Of a stretch of DNA of 14,982 nt, positions 1-6,925 are shown piece after piece. Under the pieces are notes generated by a model. The model saw only the letters and a program-made list of their open reading frames with translations, was not told where the DNA came from and searched no databases. The number at the start of each line of letters is the position of its first letter. The first letter of the stretch is position 1. Source of the stretch: a virus (taxonomy: Duplodnaviria; Heunggongvirae; Uroviricota; Caudoviricetes); the IMG/VR virus record IMGVR_UViG_2547132281_000001. One strand, given 5' to 3'. The position numbers were made by a program, and so were the translations under genes.

Positions 1-31
1 AATGAAATCGGATGTTTATTACGGAACTGTT

Positions 32-223
32 TTAAAGACCTGCCGGGATTTCGTTATTATCCTGGTGAATAACTTTATCGACCGGGTAACAGTTACCGGG
101 AATTTTCTGTTCGGTTGCTGCAGTCACACACTCCTGCATTGTCCTGTGAACACTGACTGCAATATCAACTGGCTCTCCGGAAACAAGAAAAACTGTCAGA
201 ACAAGTGCAAATGCTGTATTCAT
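32..223 (-). CDS. ydfD: YdfD-like small lysis protein (63 aa; internal Met of the 81-aa track ORF)
   Basis: Translation MNTAFALVLTVFLVSGEPVDIAVSVHRTMQECVTAATEQKIPGNCYPVDKVIHQDNNEIPAGL matches my recollection of Qin YdfD. Start overlaps dicB stop as ATGA. Synteny dicB-ydfD. Confidence 0.75.
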   Translation of the reverse strand: MNTAFALVLTVFLVSGEPVDIAVSVHRTMQECVTAATEQKIPGNCYPVDKVIHQDNNEIPAGL

Positions 224-408
224 TGCCAGCATCCTTTTTGTATCGGACGTAAACGGGCCAACATTGAAAGAATGCATATTTTATTTAATAGCTCCCGTTC
301 GTGTTTTCTCTTGTTAATGGCATCTTCAGTAAATACAGGGTTACTGATAGTGACACCAATTTCAAAACAACCTTCAGACGTATTAACGTTTGGTAATAAC
401 GTTTCCAT
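220..408 (-). CDS. dicB: DicB cell-division inhibitor (62 aa)
   Basis: Internal Met of track ORF 220..513 gives METLLPNVNTSEGCFEIGVTISNPVFTEDAINKRKHERELLNKICILSMLARLRPIQKGCWQ, near-identical to recalled K-12 DicB. SD GAGGA upstream on minus strand. Lies downstream of DicF. Confidence 0.85.
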   Translation of the reverse strand: METLLPNVNTSEGCFEIGVTISNPVFTEDAINKRKHERELLNKICILSMLARLRPIQKGCWQ

Positions 409-577
409 TATCGCGTCCTCAACAATGAATTTTGTGATGCGGTGCCTGGTGCCTCCAGGTGACGTTAACCAGTTAACAATTAACGCCGGATACAGAGAAT
501 CCACCCATAACACTGTTTTTGGTTTTAACTGTTCCGCGTGCGCTCAGCCGCATTCACCGCATCACAAAATTCACTTT

Positions 578-635
578 AAAAAGGGCGGCAGAGCAGTCAC
601 GGAGTAAAACTGATACCGCCAAACGTCACCAGAAA
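578..635 (-). ncRNA. dicF: DicF small RNA (ftsZ/manX-targeting sRNA of the dicB operon)
   Basis: Reverse complement of 578..635 reads TTTCTGGTGACGTTTGGCGGTATCAGTTTTACTCCGTGACTGCTCTGCCGCCCTTTTT, which matches the DicF sequence as I remember it, including the 3' GC stem and U-run. Positioned between ydfC and dicB as in Qin. Confidence 0.85.
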
Positions 636-947
636 ATTGATAACAGAGGGCGTTGCAGCGGGGTTGTCACTTAAGCGTATGGTCAACCTGACAACCCGGT
701 GTCCTCAACGGGGGAAGGAATAACCCCGCCATACTTACCGCCGCACCATTTCGCGGATTGCCACAACCGGAAGCGCACGGTCGACGAAAATTTAACGACA
801 GGCTATCTATGAACCAGCTACCTCGCCGTGCGCTTTCGCGTTATGGTCTGACTTTGCAGGGAAATATCCTTTCAGTAAACTGTCTGTGCCGGATGCTCAC
901 CCGTGGAGAACTCCTTACTTACCAACCTTAGCTTCGTTGGTTAGCTA

Positions 948-1166
948 TTAACGCGGGTATGTAATCATTCTGGCAATGCTTAATGCCGCTGCTTTTTCCA
1001 GATTAGTGATATCCTGCTCCAGAGCGGACAGATTTTCAGCCTGCTTAGCTCTGGCTTCATTAGCCCATTTCAGATCCTGCGCTGCATTAATTTTCTGGCG
1101 CATCCACTCATAAAGTTCATCATCGGTATAGTCTGGCGCGATGATGACGGGTTCTCGTTTCTGCAT
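948..1166 (-). CDS. ydfC: YdfC-like protein (72 aa)
   Basis: Track ORF MQKREPVIIAPDYTDDELYEWMRQKINAAQDLKWANEARAKQAENLSALEQDITNLEKAAALSIARMITYPR. Size and position as for ydfC in the dicB operon. Confidence 0.75.
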   Translation of the reverse strand: MQKREPVIIAPDYTDDELYEWMRQKINAAQDLKWANEARAKQAENLSALEQDITNLEKAAALSIARMITYPR

Positions 1167-1195
1167 ACTGATTCCTCGCGGTGCTGTTTCGCTTA

Positions 1196-1324
1196 TCAGC
1201 CGTTAGATTTTGCCGAACTGGAAAGCGCCTGTTTAAATTCGTTGAAGCTGTGAGCTTCTTCGCCTTCGGCAAGGCCTTCGAAGTATTCTTCGTAAGCCTT
1301 TTCCATGATTTTGTCAAAATCCAT
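1196..1324 (-). CDS. ydfB: YdfB-like small protein (42 aa)
   Basis: Hand translation of minus strand gives MDFDKIMEKAYEEYFEGLAEGEEAHSFNEFKQALSSSAKSNG. Start lies 1 nt after ydfA stop (TGATATG). Below the track length cut-off. Confidence 0.7.
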   Translation of the reverse strand: MDFDKIMEKAYEEYFEGLAEGEEAHSFNEFKQALSSSAKSNG

Positions 1325-1325
1325 A

Positions 1326-1481
1326 TCACTCACCTGAGTTTCTTTCCAGCCAGCGACGGGCACCATTTTCGGTTTTAAACGTTTTGCTTTTGGTATACGT
1401 CATCGCGGTGAACGTACCGTCCTGGTTGGGGAACACGCCACATACCAGAGATTCGCTGTTGCCAAGATCGATAGTATCCAT
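1326..1481 (-). CDS. ydfA: YdfA-like protein (51 aa; internal Met of track ORF 1326..1535)
   Basis: MDTIDLGNSESLVCGVFPNQDGTFTAMTYTKSKTFKTENGARRWLERNSGE with SD AAGGGGA upstream on minus strand. First gene of the dicB operon downstream of dicA. Confidence 0.75.
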   Translation of the reverse strand: MDTIDLGNSESLVCGVFPNQDGTFTAMTYTKSKTFKTENGARRWLERNSGE

Positions 1482-1561
1482 GCTGACCTCATTTCCCCTT
1501 AACGCTGGGGTAGCGGAACAGTTTGCTGAGAACACCGTGCGGTGTGTTGATGCAAATAAGA

Positions 1562-1612
1562 TTAGCTATGGCTAACATATAGGTCAAGTGATATTGTATG
1601 TTATAGCTAACA
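1562..1612. promoter_or_regulatory. Putative DicA operator pair and dicB-operon promoter region between dicA stop and ydfA
   Basis: TTAGCTATGGCTAA (1562-1575) and TGTTATAGCTAACA (1599-1612) share TGTTA/TAACA or TTAGC/GCTAA half-sites with the palindromes in the dicA-dicC intergenic region. Confidence 0.45.
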
Positions 1613-1647
1613 TGATTGATGTGGTAAAAGATAACTCATTGATGATG

Positions 1648-2055
1648 TTATCTTTTATTTGTCCGCTGACGGGCTTTTAGTAATTCTTCAAAGAGTTTAT
1701 TGAAGTTTTTTACTCGAGCTCGCATTTCGGCGAGCTGGGTATCCTGTTCTGATTCTGGCAGTGCATTAAACAGCTCAAGGAGCTCTAGTTCTTTGGGGGA
1801 TAAGGCAACTGGCTTCTCAACAGGTGGTGTTGGTTGCTTGTCTTCATCGCCAAATAGAATCCATGTTGGTGAGCATTGCAATACTTTGCTGAGGGCAAAA
1901 AGGTTCTTCCCTGTAGGTTCACTATCATCCCGTTCCCATTGTGATACAGACACATGGGAGATTTTCAGGGCTTTAGCAAGAGACCTTTGGGTGTGTTTGA
2001 GGTTTTTCCGACGATACCTAATGCGTTCGCCGATAGTTAAATTTTTTGTTTCCAT
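1648..2055 (-). CDS. dicA: DicA, XRE-family HTH repressor (CI-like immunity repressor)
   Basis: 135-aa track ORF METKNLTIGERIRYRRKNLKHTQRSLAKALKISHVSVSQWERDDSEPTGKNLF... matches recalled K-12 DicA essentially throughout. Divergent from dicC. Confidence 0.9.
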   Translation of the reverse strand: METKNLTIGERIRYRRKNLKHTQRSLAKALKISHVSVSQWERDDSEPTGKNLFALSKVLQCSPTWILFGDEDKQPTPPVEKPVALSPKELELLELFNALPESEQDTQLAEMRARVKNFNKLFEELLKARQRTNKR

Positions 2056-2057
2056 AG

Positions 2058-2123
2058 TTAGCTAATGCTAAATCGTATTGACTATGTTTTTGTTAACATC
2101 TATTTTGTTAGTCATGACTAACA
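2058..2123. promoter_or_regulatory. dicA/dicC divergent promoter-operator region
   Basis: Perfect 18-bp palindrome TGTTAGTCATGACTAACA (2106-2123) 16 nt before the dicC ATG. TGTTAACA (2091-2098). TTAGCTAATGCTAA (2058-2071) abutting the dicA start. Confidence 0.55.
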
Positions 2124-2138
2124 ATAAAGGTGTTTTAA

Positions 2139-2369
2139 ATGCTTAAAACTGACGCTCTTTTGTATTTCGGTTCAAAAACAAAACTTGCACAAGCAGCAGG
2201 TATTCGTTTGGCTTCGCTTTATAGCTGGAAAGGGGATTTAGTTCCCGAAGGTCGCGCGATGCGTCTACAGGAGGCATCTGGCGGGGAGCTTCAGTATGAT
2301 CCCAAAGTTTATGATGAATATCGTAAGACGAAGCGGGCGGGGCGGTTGAACAATGAAAATCACTCCTGA
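2139..2369 (+). CDS. dicC: DicC, Cro-like regulator (76 aa)
   Basis: Track ORF MLKTDALLYFGSKTKLAQAAGIRLASLYSWKGDLVPEGRAMRLQEASGGELQYDPKVYDEYRKTKRAGRLNNENHS matches recalled DicC. SD AAAGGTG upstream. Confidence 0.85.
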   Translation: MLKTDALLYFGSKTKLAQAAGIRLASLYSWKGDLVPEGRAMRLQEASGGELQYDPKVYDEYRKTKRAGRLNNENHS

Positions 2370-2874
2370 ACAGGCTCGTGAGGCTCTGGATGCCTGGATA
2401 TGTCGACCAGGAATGACACAGGAGCAGGCGACGATATTAATCACTGAAGCATTCTGGGCTTTGAAAGAGCGCCCGAACATCGATGTTCAGCGTGTCACAG
2501 ATGAAGGTGGCGCGGTTGATCAGCGAGCGCTTGGCGTTAATCGAGTGAAGATATTCGAACGCTGGAAGGCTATCGACACCAGGGATAAGCGTGAAAAGTT
2601 CACGGCGCTAGTGCCTGCGATTATGGAGGCTATCCGGATTAGTGATTTCAGGTTGTATCGTGAGATCAGTGATGGAAAAAGTATTACGTACATGATCGCC
2701 GGGTTAAATAAAGAATATGGCGATGTGGTGGAATCCGGACTGCTTTTTGCAGATCCTGCCGTTGTAGATCGTGAAACTGACGAACTTATAGAAAAAGCAA
2801 TTGCTTTCAAGCTTGCGTATCGACAGCAATACCAACAAAAAGCTGGATGGAATTATGAGTCTTCTTTTTGCTGA
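2353..2874 (+). CDS. Hypothetical phage early protein (173 aa)
   Basis: Long ORF directly after dicC, overlapping its stop by 17 nt, co-oriented with replication genes. No family recognised from sequence alone. Confidence 0.55.
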   Translation: MKITPEQAREALDAWICRPGMTQEQATILITEAFWALKERPNIDVQRVTDEGGAVDQRALGVNRVKIFERWKAIDTRDKREKFTALVPAIMEAIRISDFRLYREISDGKSITYMIAGLNKEYGDVVESGLLFADPAVVDRETDELIEKAIAFKLAYRQQYQQKAGWNYESSFC

Positions 2875-3820
2875 ACGCCCACTGGTTATAAACACGCAGC
2901 TGGCAATGAAAATTGGCTTAAACGAAGCCATTGTTTTGCAACAACTGCACTACTGGTTGAGAGATACCAACTCCGGCATGGAATGTGATGGTGTTCGCTG
3001 GATTTATAACACAACGGAACAATGGCTGGAACAGTTCCCATTCTGGTCAGAGTCAACGTTAAAGCGCGCGTTTGCAAGTCTGAAAACGCTGGGGCTTTTG
3101 CGTTGTGAAAAGCTCAATAAATCAAAGCGCGATATGACCAATTTCTACACGATCAACTACGGGAGCGAGCTTTTAGATGGTGGCAAATTGAGCGAATCCA
3201 TCGGTTTAAAATGCGCCGCTCCATCAGGTCAAAATGACACGATGGAAGAGGTCAAAATGAAACGCTCCATTGGTTCAAAACGACTCAATGTCATCGGGTC
3301 AAAATGGCCTGATGATCTTACAGAGAATACAACAGAGATTACTACAGAGAATAAAAAGACTTCTCGTCCGGAAGCTTCGCAACCGGACCCGCAGACGGTT
3401 GAACAGGATTTTTTAACCCGACACCCTGACGCGGTTGTGTTCAGTGCGAAAAAACGCCAGTGGGGCAGCCAGGAAGATTTGGCGTGTGCGCAGTGGATCT
3501 GGGGGCGAATCGTGAGTCTTTACGAGCAGGCCGCCAGCGATGATGGCGAGATTTCGCGACCGAAAGAACCCAACTGGACCGCATGGGCCAACGACGTGCG
3601 CACAATGCGGATGCTGGATGGCAGAACTCACAGACAAATTTGTGAAATGTTTGGTCGGGTGCAGCGGGATCCATTCTGGGTAAAAAATATCATGAGTCCG
3701 TCAAAGCTTCGCGAAAAATGGGATGAACTGGTTATCCGCCTGGGGCGTTCGTCTGTACAGCGTTGTGTGAATCATATTTCTGAGCCGGATACCGAAATTC
3801 CGCCGGGCTTCAGGGGGTAA
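2855..3820 (+). CDS. Phage replication initiation protein: replisome-organizer-like N-terminus with DnaT-like (primosomal protein I) C-terminus
   Basis: ATG at 2855 preferred over the track's TTG at 2801 (the 2801 start would overlap the preceding ORF by 74 nt). C-terminus ...NHISEPDTEIPPGFRG closely resembles the recalled E. coli DnaT C-terminus ...SEPDSQIPPGFRG. Sits in the lambdoid O/P slot. Confidence 0.7.
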   Translation: MSLLFAERPLVINTQLAMKIGLNEAIVLQQLHYWLRDTNSGMECDGVRWIYNTTEQWLEQFPFWSESTLKRAFASLKTLGLLRCEKLNKSKRDMTNFYTINYGSELLDGGKLSESIGLKCAAPSGQNDTMEEVKMKRSIGSKRLNVIGSKWPDDLTENTTEITTENKKTSRPEASQPDPQTVEQDFLTRHPDAVVFSAKKRQWGSQEDLACAQWIWGRIVSLYEQAASDDGEISRPKEPNWTAWANDVRTMRMLDGRTHRQICEMFGRVQRDPFWVKNIMSPSKLREKWDELVIRLGRSSVQRCVNHISEPDTEIPPGFRG

Positions 3821-3860
3821 GTGTTAATTTCTGGTCATGAGGTAATTTTCAGGAGGGCTT

Positions 3861-4283
3861 GTGGCAAAAGTTTTTACACAAGAAGAGCGGGAAAAAATTA
3901 AAGGGCAGGTTGTTGAACTCGTACGCCTGAGTGGGCGCGAGACGTTACGACAACTGGAAACTAAAACTGGGGCAACAAGATATCTGATGAGCGTTCTGGC
4001 CAGAGAGCTGGTTGCCAGTGGCGATGTATACAACTCTGGTTACGGGTTATTCCCGTCTGAACAGGCGCGTAAGGACTGGCAAAATGCCCGTAAAAAGCTC
4101 TCAAGGGCAAAGCCGAAGAAACCATCTGCGGTTGATCCGGACCTTATCTGGTCATTACCAGACGGAGAAATACGCCGCTACGACAGGCGCCTGAATATAA
4201 TCTGTCGCGAGTGCCGGAAGAGCGAAGCTATGCAGCGTGTACTGGCTTTCTATCAGGGTAATTTTCAGGAGGCGGTACTGTGA
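3861..4283 (+). CDS. Hypothetical protein (140 aa), GTG start
   Basis: SD AGGAGG at 3851-3856 then GTG at 3861. Basic C-terminal half with a CRECRK motif. Function not recognised. Confidence 0.55.
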   Translation: MAKVFTQEEREKIKGQVVELVRLSGRETLRQLETKTGATRYLMSVLARELVASGDVYNSGYGLFPSEQARKDWQNARKKLSRAKPKKPSAVDPDLIWSLPDGEIRRYDRRLNIICRECRKSEAMQRVLAFYQGNFQEAVL

Positions 4284-4402
4284 GTGAAATTAGCTATCAG
4301 GCTTCAATTGCCGCTGGCATTCGCATCAAAGGAGAGGAGCATGGAAATAAAACCAGAGGATTAGTTAAGCAATATCGTTTTATTTCCGATAAAAGAGGAT
4401 GA
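4280..4402 (+). CDS. Possible small ORF (40 aa), GTG start
   Basis: Second copy of GGTAATTTTCAGGAGG lies 7 nt before GTG 4280. Hand translation VSEISYQASIAAGIRIKGEEHGNKTRGLVKQYRFISDKRG. Overlaps the stop of the previous gene. Speculative. Confidence 0.25.
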   Translation: MSEISYQASIAAGIRIKGEEHGNKTRGLVKQYRFISDKRG

Positions 4403-4793
4403 CCCTCGTAATCAGGTTAATTTTCTTTATGAGCCATCGGAAAGACCATATTGCCATCACGCTTCTGTCCGGGTTGACGAAAAAAAGTGCGTCAGGTCCG
4501 CTATAAAATCTGCGGTGCAGTTGTGGAGCCATTTGACTGGATGCTCTCTGTGGCGAAAAGAGAAACCAGACTGGCAGATGATGTAAGGCTCTTGCGCCAG
4601 GAGGAACGGGAAAGGCGAAAAAAATACAGAAAAGCTAATTCAGATTGAGCGTAACGGGAAAGCGCGGATACGCAGGGTGACAAAATCCAGAACTGAATAA
4701 TTAAATTTAGCACTGTTAAAAATTTAATCCTTAACCGGAGGGATTTCTGCACCCTCAGAACATCAGGAGGCCGCCCGAAAGGGCGGTAGTTAA

Positions 4794-4928
4794 ATGCGAA
4801 AGTTTAAAATAATTATTGAAACGGGAATAGCCGGTGGAGATTTCGAGGATGAATTCGAAGTGGATAATGATGCGACGCCTGATGAAATACATGACGAAGC
4901 AAAAGATATTTTCTTTAACTACTGCAAT
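4794..4928 (+). pseudogene. ORF truncated after codon 45 by the IS1 insertion
   Basis: Track ORF 4794..5009 is native only to ...DIFFNYCN; from 4929 the reading frame runs into the IS1 terminal repeat. Acidic N-terminus MRKFKIIIETGIAGGDFEDEFEVDNDATPDEIHDEAKDIFFNYCN. Confidence 0.45.
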
Positions 4929-4943
4929 GGTAATGACTCCAAC

Positions 4944-5447
4944 TTATTGATAGTGTTTTATGTTCAGATAATGCCCGATGACTTTGTCATGCAGCTCCAC
5001 CGATTTTGAGAACGACAGCGACTTCCGTCCCAGCCGTGCCAGGTGCTGCCTCAGATTCAGGTTATGCCGCTCAATTCGCTGCGTATATCGCTTGCTGATT
5101 ACGTGCAGCTTTCCCTTCAGGCGGGATTCATACAGCGGCCAGCCATCCGTCATCCATATCACCACGTCAAAGGGTGACAGCAGGCTCATAAGACGCCCCA
5201 GCGTCGCCATCGTGCGTTCACCGAATACGTGCGCAACAACCGTCTTCCGGAGCCTGTCATACGAGTAAAACAGCCAGCGCTGGCGCGATTTAGCCCCGAC
5301 ATAGCCCCACTGTTCGTCCATTTCCGCGCAGACGATGACGTCACTGCCCGGCTGTATGCGCGAGGTTACCGACTGCGGCCTGAGTTTTTTAAGTGACGTA
5401 AAATCGTGTTGAGGCCAACGCCCATAATGCGGGCAGTTGTCCGGCAT
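4944..5447 (-). CDS. insB: IS1 InsB reading frame (transposase C-terminal part, expressed as InsAB' by frameshift)
   Basis: 167-aa track [61 protein letters not shown]... is canonical IS1 InsB. Confidence 0.95.
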   Translation of the reverse strand: MPDNCPHYGRWPQHDFTSLKKLRPQSVTSRIQPGSDVIVCAEMDEQWGYVGAKSRQRWLFYSYDRLRKTVVAHVFGERTMATLGRLMSLLSPFDVVIWMTDGWPLYESRLKGKLHVISKRYTQRIERHNLNLRQHLARLGRKSLSFSKSVELHDKVIGHYLNIKHYQ

Positions 5448-5641
5448 CCAACGCCATTCATGGCCATATCAATGATTTTCTGGTGCGTACCGGGTTGAGA
5501 AGCGGTGTAAGTGAACTGCAGTTGCCATGTTTTACGGCAGTGAGAGCAGAGATAGCGCTGATGTCCGGCGGTGCTTTTGCCGTTACGCACCCCCCCGTCA
5601 GTAGCTGAACAGGAGGGACAGCTGATAGAAACAGAAGCCAC
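5366..5641 (-). CDS. insA: IS1 InsA (91 aa)
   Basis: Track [94 protein letters not shown] is canonical InsA. Confidence 0.95.
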   Translation of the reverse strand: MASVSISCPSCSATDGGVRNGKSTAGHQRYLCSHCRKTWQLQFTYTASQPGTHQKIIDMAMNGVGCRTTARIMGVGLNTILRHLKNSGRSR

Positions 5642-5818
5642 TGGAGCACCTCAAAAACACCATCATACACTAAATCAGTAAGTTGGCAGCATCACCGAAT
5701 ATTTAGACTAAAGAGTTTGTAACGCTATGTAAGTGATTTTTTCTGGTTTAGATATTTATATGTCCGGCCAAATTGAGGTGTGTTTAAATGTAATTGCACA
5801 TTGATTGTAGGAGGAATA

Positions 5819-5998
5819 ATGAAAAACGCATTGCAGTTTTTGTTTGTTGCGTTCTGGTTGTTCGTATCATGTATGCCCATCATCTTCACAGCAAGGTATA
5901 TAGAAAAAGTTGATGTTTTGATATTAATATTTGGATATATAAATGCCCTTTTTTTAGGGGTGTTCATGGCGGTCATGTGCATTGAATACTGGCGGTAA
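5819..5998 (+). CDS. Small hydrophobic protein (59 aa, two predicted TM helices)
   Basis: Strong SD AGGAGG 6 nt before ATG 5819. MKNALQFLFVAFWLFVSCMPIIFTARYIEKVDVLILIFGYINALFLGVFMAVMCIEYWR. Visibly AT-rich context. Confidence 0.5.
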   Translation: MKNALQFLFVAFWLFVSCMPIIFTARYIEKVDVLILIFGYINALFLGVFMAVMCIEYWR

Positions 5999-6256
5999 AT
6001 ACAGCGAACGCCATTGGTTTAGTTGGATATTTACTGTGCCGGACAAAAACGGTTTGCGGGGAAATCTTAGTTAAATAGAATGACTGCGGGTGCTTGAGGC
6101 TATCTGTCTCAGGCATGAACACCAAAAGGCAGATAGAGAAAAGCCCCAGTTAACATTACGCGTCCTGCAAGACGCTTAACATTAATCTGAGGCCATATCT
6201 ATGCGACACATAGAGATTAGCCTCTTACGGACCGAAAGGTCAAGGAGAAGCAGGCT

Positions 6257-6391
6257 ATGAAGCAGCAAAAGGCGATGTTAATCGCCCTGATCGTCATCTG
6301 TTTAACCGTCATAGTGACGGCACTGGTAACGAGGAAAGACCTCTGCGAGGTGGAGGTCGCTGTCTTCACAGCTTACGAACCTGAGGAGTAA
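6257..6391 (+). CDS. hokD: Hok-family membrane toxin, HokD/RelF-like but 44 aa
   Basis: MKQQKAMLIALIVICLTVIVTALVTRKDLCEVEVAVFTAYEPEE. N-terminal 31 and C-terminal 13 residues match recalled HokD. SD AAGGAGAAG upstream. A 19-codon upstream ORF ends in ATGA overlap with the start. Confidence 0.8.
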   Translation: MKQQKAMLIALIVICLTVIVTALVTRKDLCEVEVAVFTAYEPEE

Positions 6392-6461
6392 AAGACCTGG
6401 CGAGGGAGAAATCCCTCGCCACCTCTGATGTGGCAGGCATCCTCAACGCACCCGCACTTAA

Positions 6462-6486
6462 CCCGCTTCGGCGGGTTTTTGTTTTT
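6462..6486 (+). terminator. Rho-independent terminator after hok
   Basis: Hairpin CCCGC-TTCG-GCGGG followed by TTTTTGTTTTT. Preceded by a second hairpin CGAGGGA-GAAA-TCCCTCG around 6400-6418. Confidence 0.6.
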
Positions 6487-6607
6487 ATTTTCAACGCATT
6501 TGAAGTTCTGGACGGTGCCGGAATAGAATCAAAAATACTTAAGTAGCGCGCAGGGATAAGAGGGATGGTCCCTTAAAGGGGAGAGCTAATTATCCGGAAG
6601 GATTCTG

Positions 6608-6859
6608 ATGATGAACAGCGAAGAACTGAGTAAAATTTTTTGTGAAGATGGCCTCTATGCTGTGTGCGTTGAAAATGGAAATATTGTTAGTCATTACCGC
6701 ATTGTGTGTTTGCAAAAAAATGGGGCTGCGTTAATTAATTTTGTGGATGCCCGAGTGACGGACGGATTTATCTTGCGCGACGGTGAGTTTGTCACTTCAT
6801 TACAGGCATTGAAAGAGATCGGAATAAAAGCTGGCTTTTCTGCTTTTTCAGAAGAATAA
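6608..6859 (+). CDS. Hypothetical 83-aa protein (same length and position as rem in Qin)
   Basis: SD GGAAGGA before ATG. MMNSEELSKIFCEDGLYAVCVENGNIVSHYRIVCLQKNGAALINFVDARVTDGFILRDGEFVTSLQALKEIGIKAGFSAFSEE. Identification rests on synteny and length only. Confidence 0.5.
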   Translation: MMNSEELSKIFCEDGLYAVCVENGNIVSHYRIVCLQKNGAALINFVDARVTDGFILRDGEFVTSLQALKEIGIKAGFSAFSEE

Positions 6860-6925
6860 ACTCATCTACAATCTTGCGCGGGGCTGAACTCCCGCTGAGT
6901 AACACCGTGCCACCGGAGAAAACCG

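Larger units (their letters stand above)
4929..5696 (-). mobile_element. IS1 insertion sequence, complete 768 bp
   Basis: Ends GGTAATGACTCCAACTTATTGATAGTG (4929-) and ...CAGTAAGTTGGCAGCATCACC (-5696) are the IS1 terminal inverted repeats as I recall them. Contains insA and insB on the minus strand. Confidence 0.95.

Noticed and set aside
2-607. 201-aa plus-strand track ORF
   Set aside because: Lies antisense to dicB, ydfD and DicF, which are well supported on the minus strand. No start codon at its 5' end and no recognisable protein features.
1120-1378. Track ORFs 1120..1329 (-) and 1181..1378 (+)
   Set aside because: Alternative-frame or antisense overlaps of ydfB/ydfC. Basic low-complexity translations; the ydfB frame is the one that gives a recognisable protein.
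1700-2065. 121-aa plus-strand ORF
   Set aside because: Entirely antisense to dicA.
2265-3077. Minus-strand track ORFs 2265..2480, 2520..2810, 2704..2931, 2886..3077
   Set aside because: Antisense to dicC and to the 173-aa and replication genes; no SD sequences and compositionally implausible.
3413-4194. Track ORFs 3413..3637 (-), 3441..3674 (-), 3824..4033 (-), 4012..4194 (+)
   Set aside because: Overlap the replication gene or the 140-aa gene in other frames; Arg/Ser-rich translations typical of off-frame reads.
4501-4752. 83-aa minus-strand ORF in the ORF-poor region
   Set aside because: No SD, low-complexity sequence; treated as non-coding pending transcript evidence.
4771-4786. CCGCCC-GAAA-GGGCGG hairpin as a rho-independent terminator
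   Set aside because: Not followed by a U-tract (TAGTTAAATG follows). More likely a leader structure next to the start codon.
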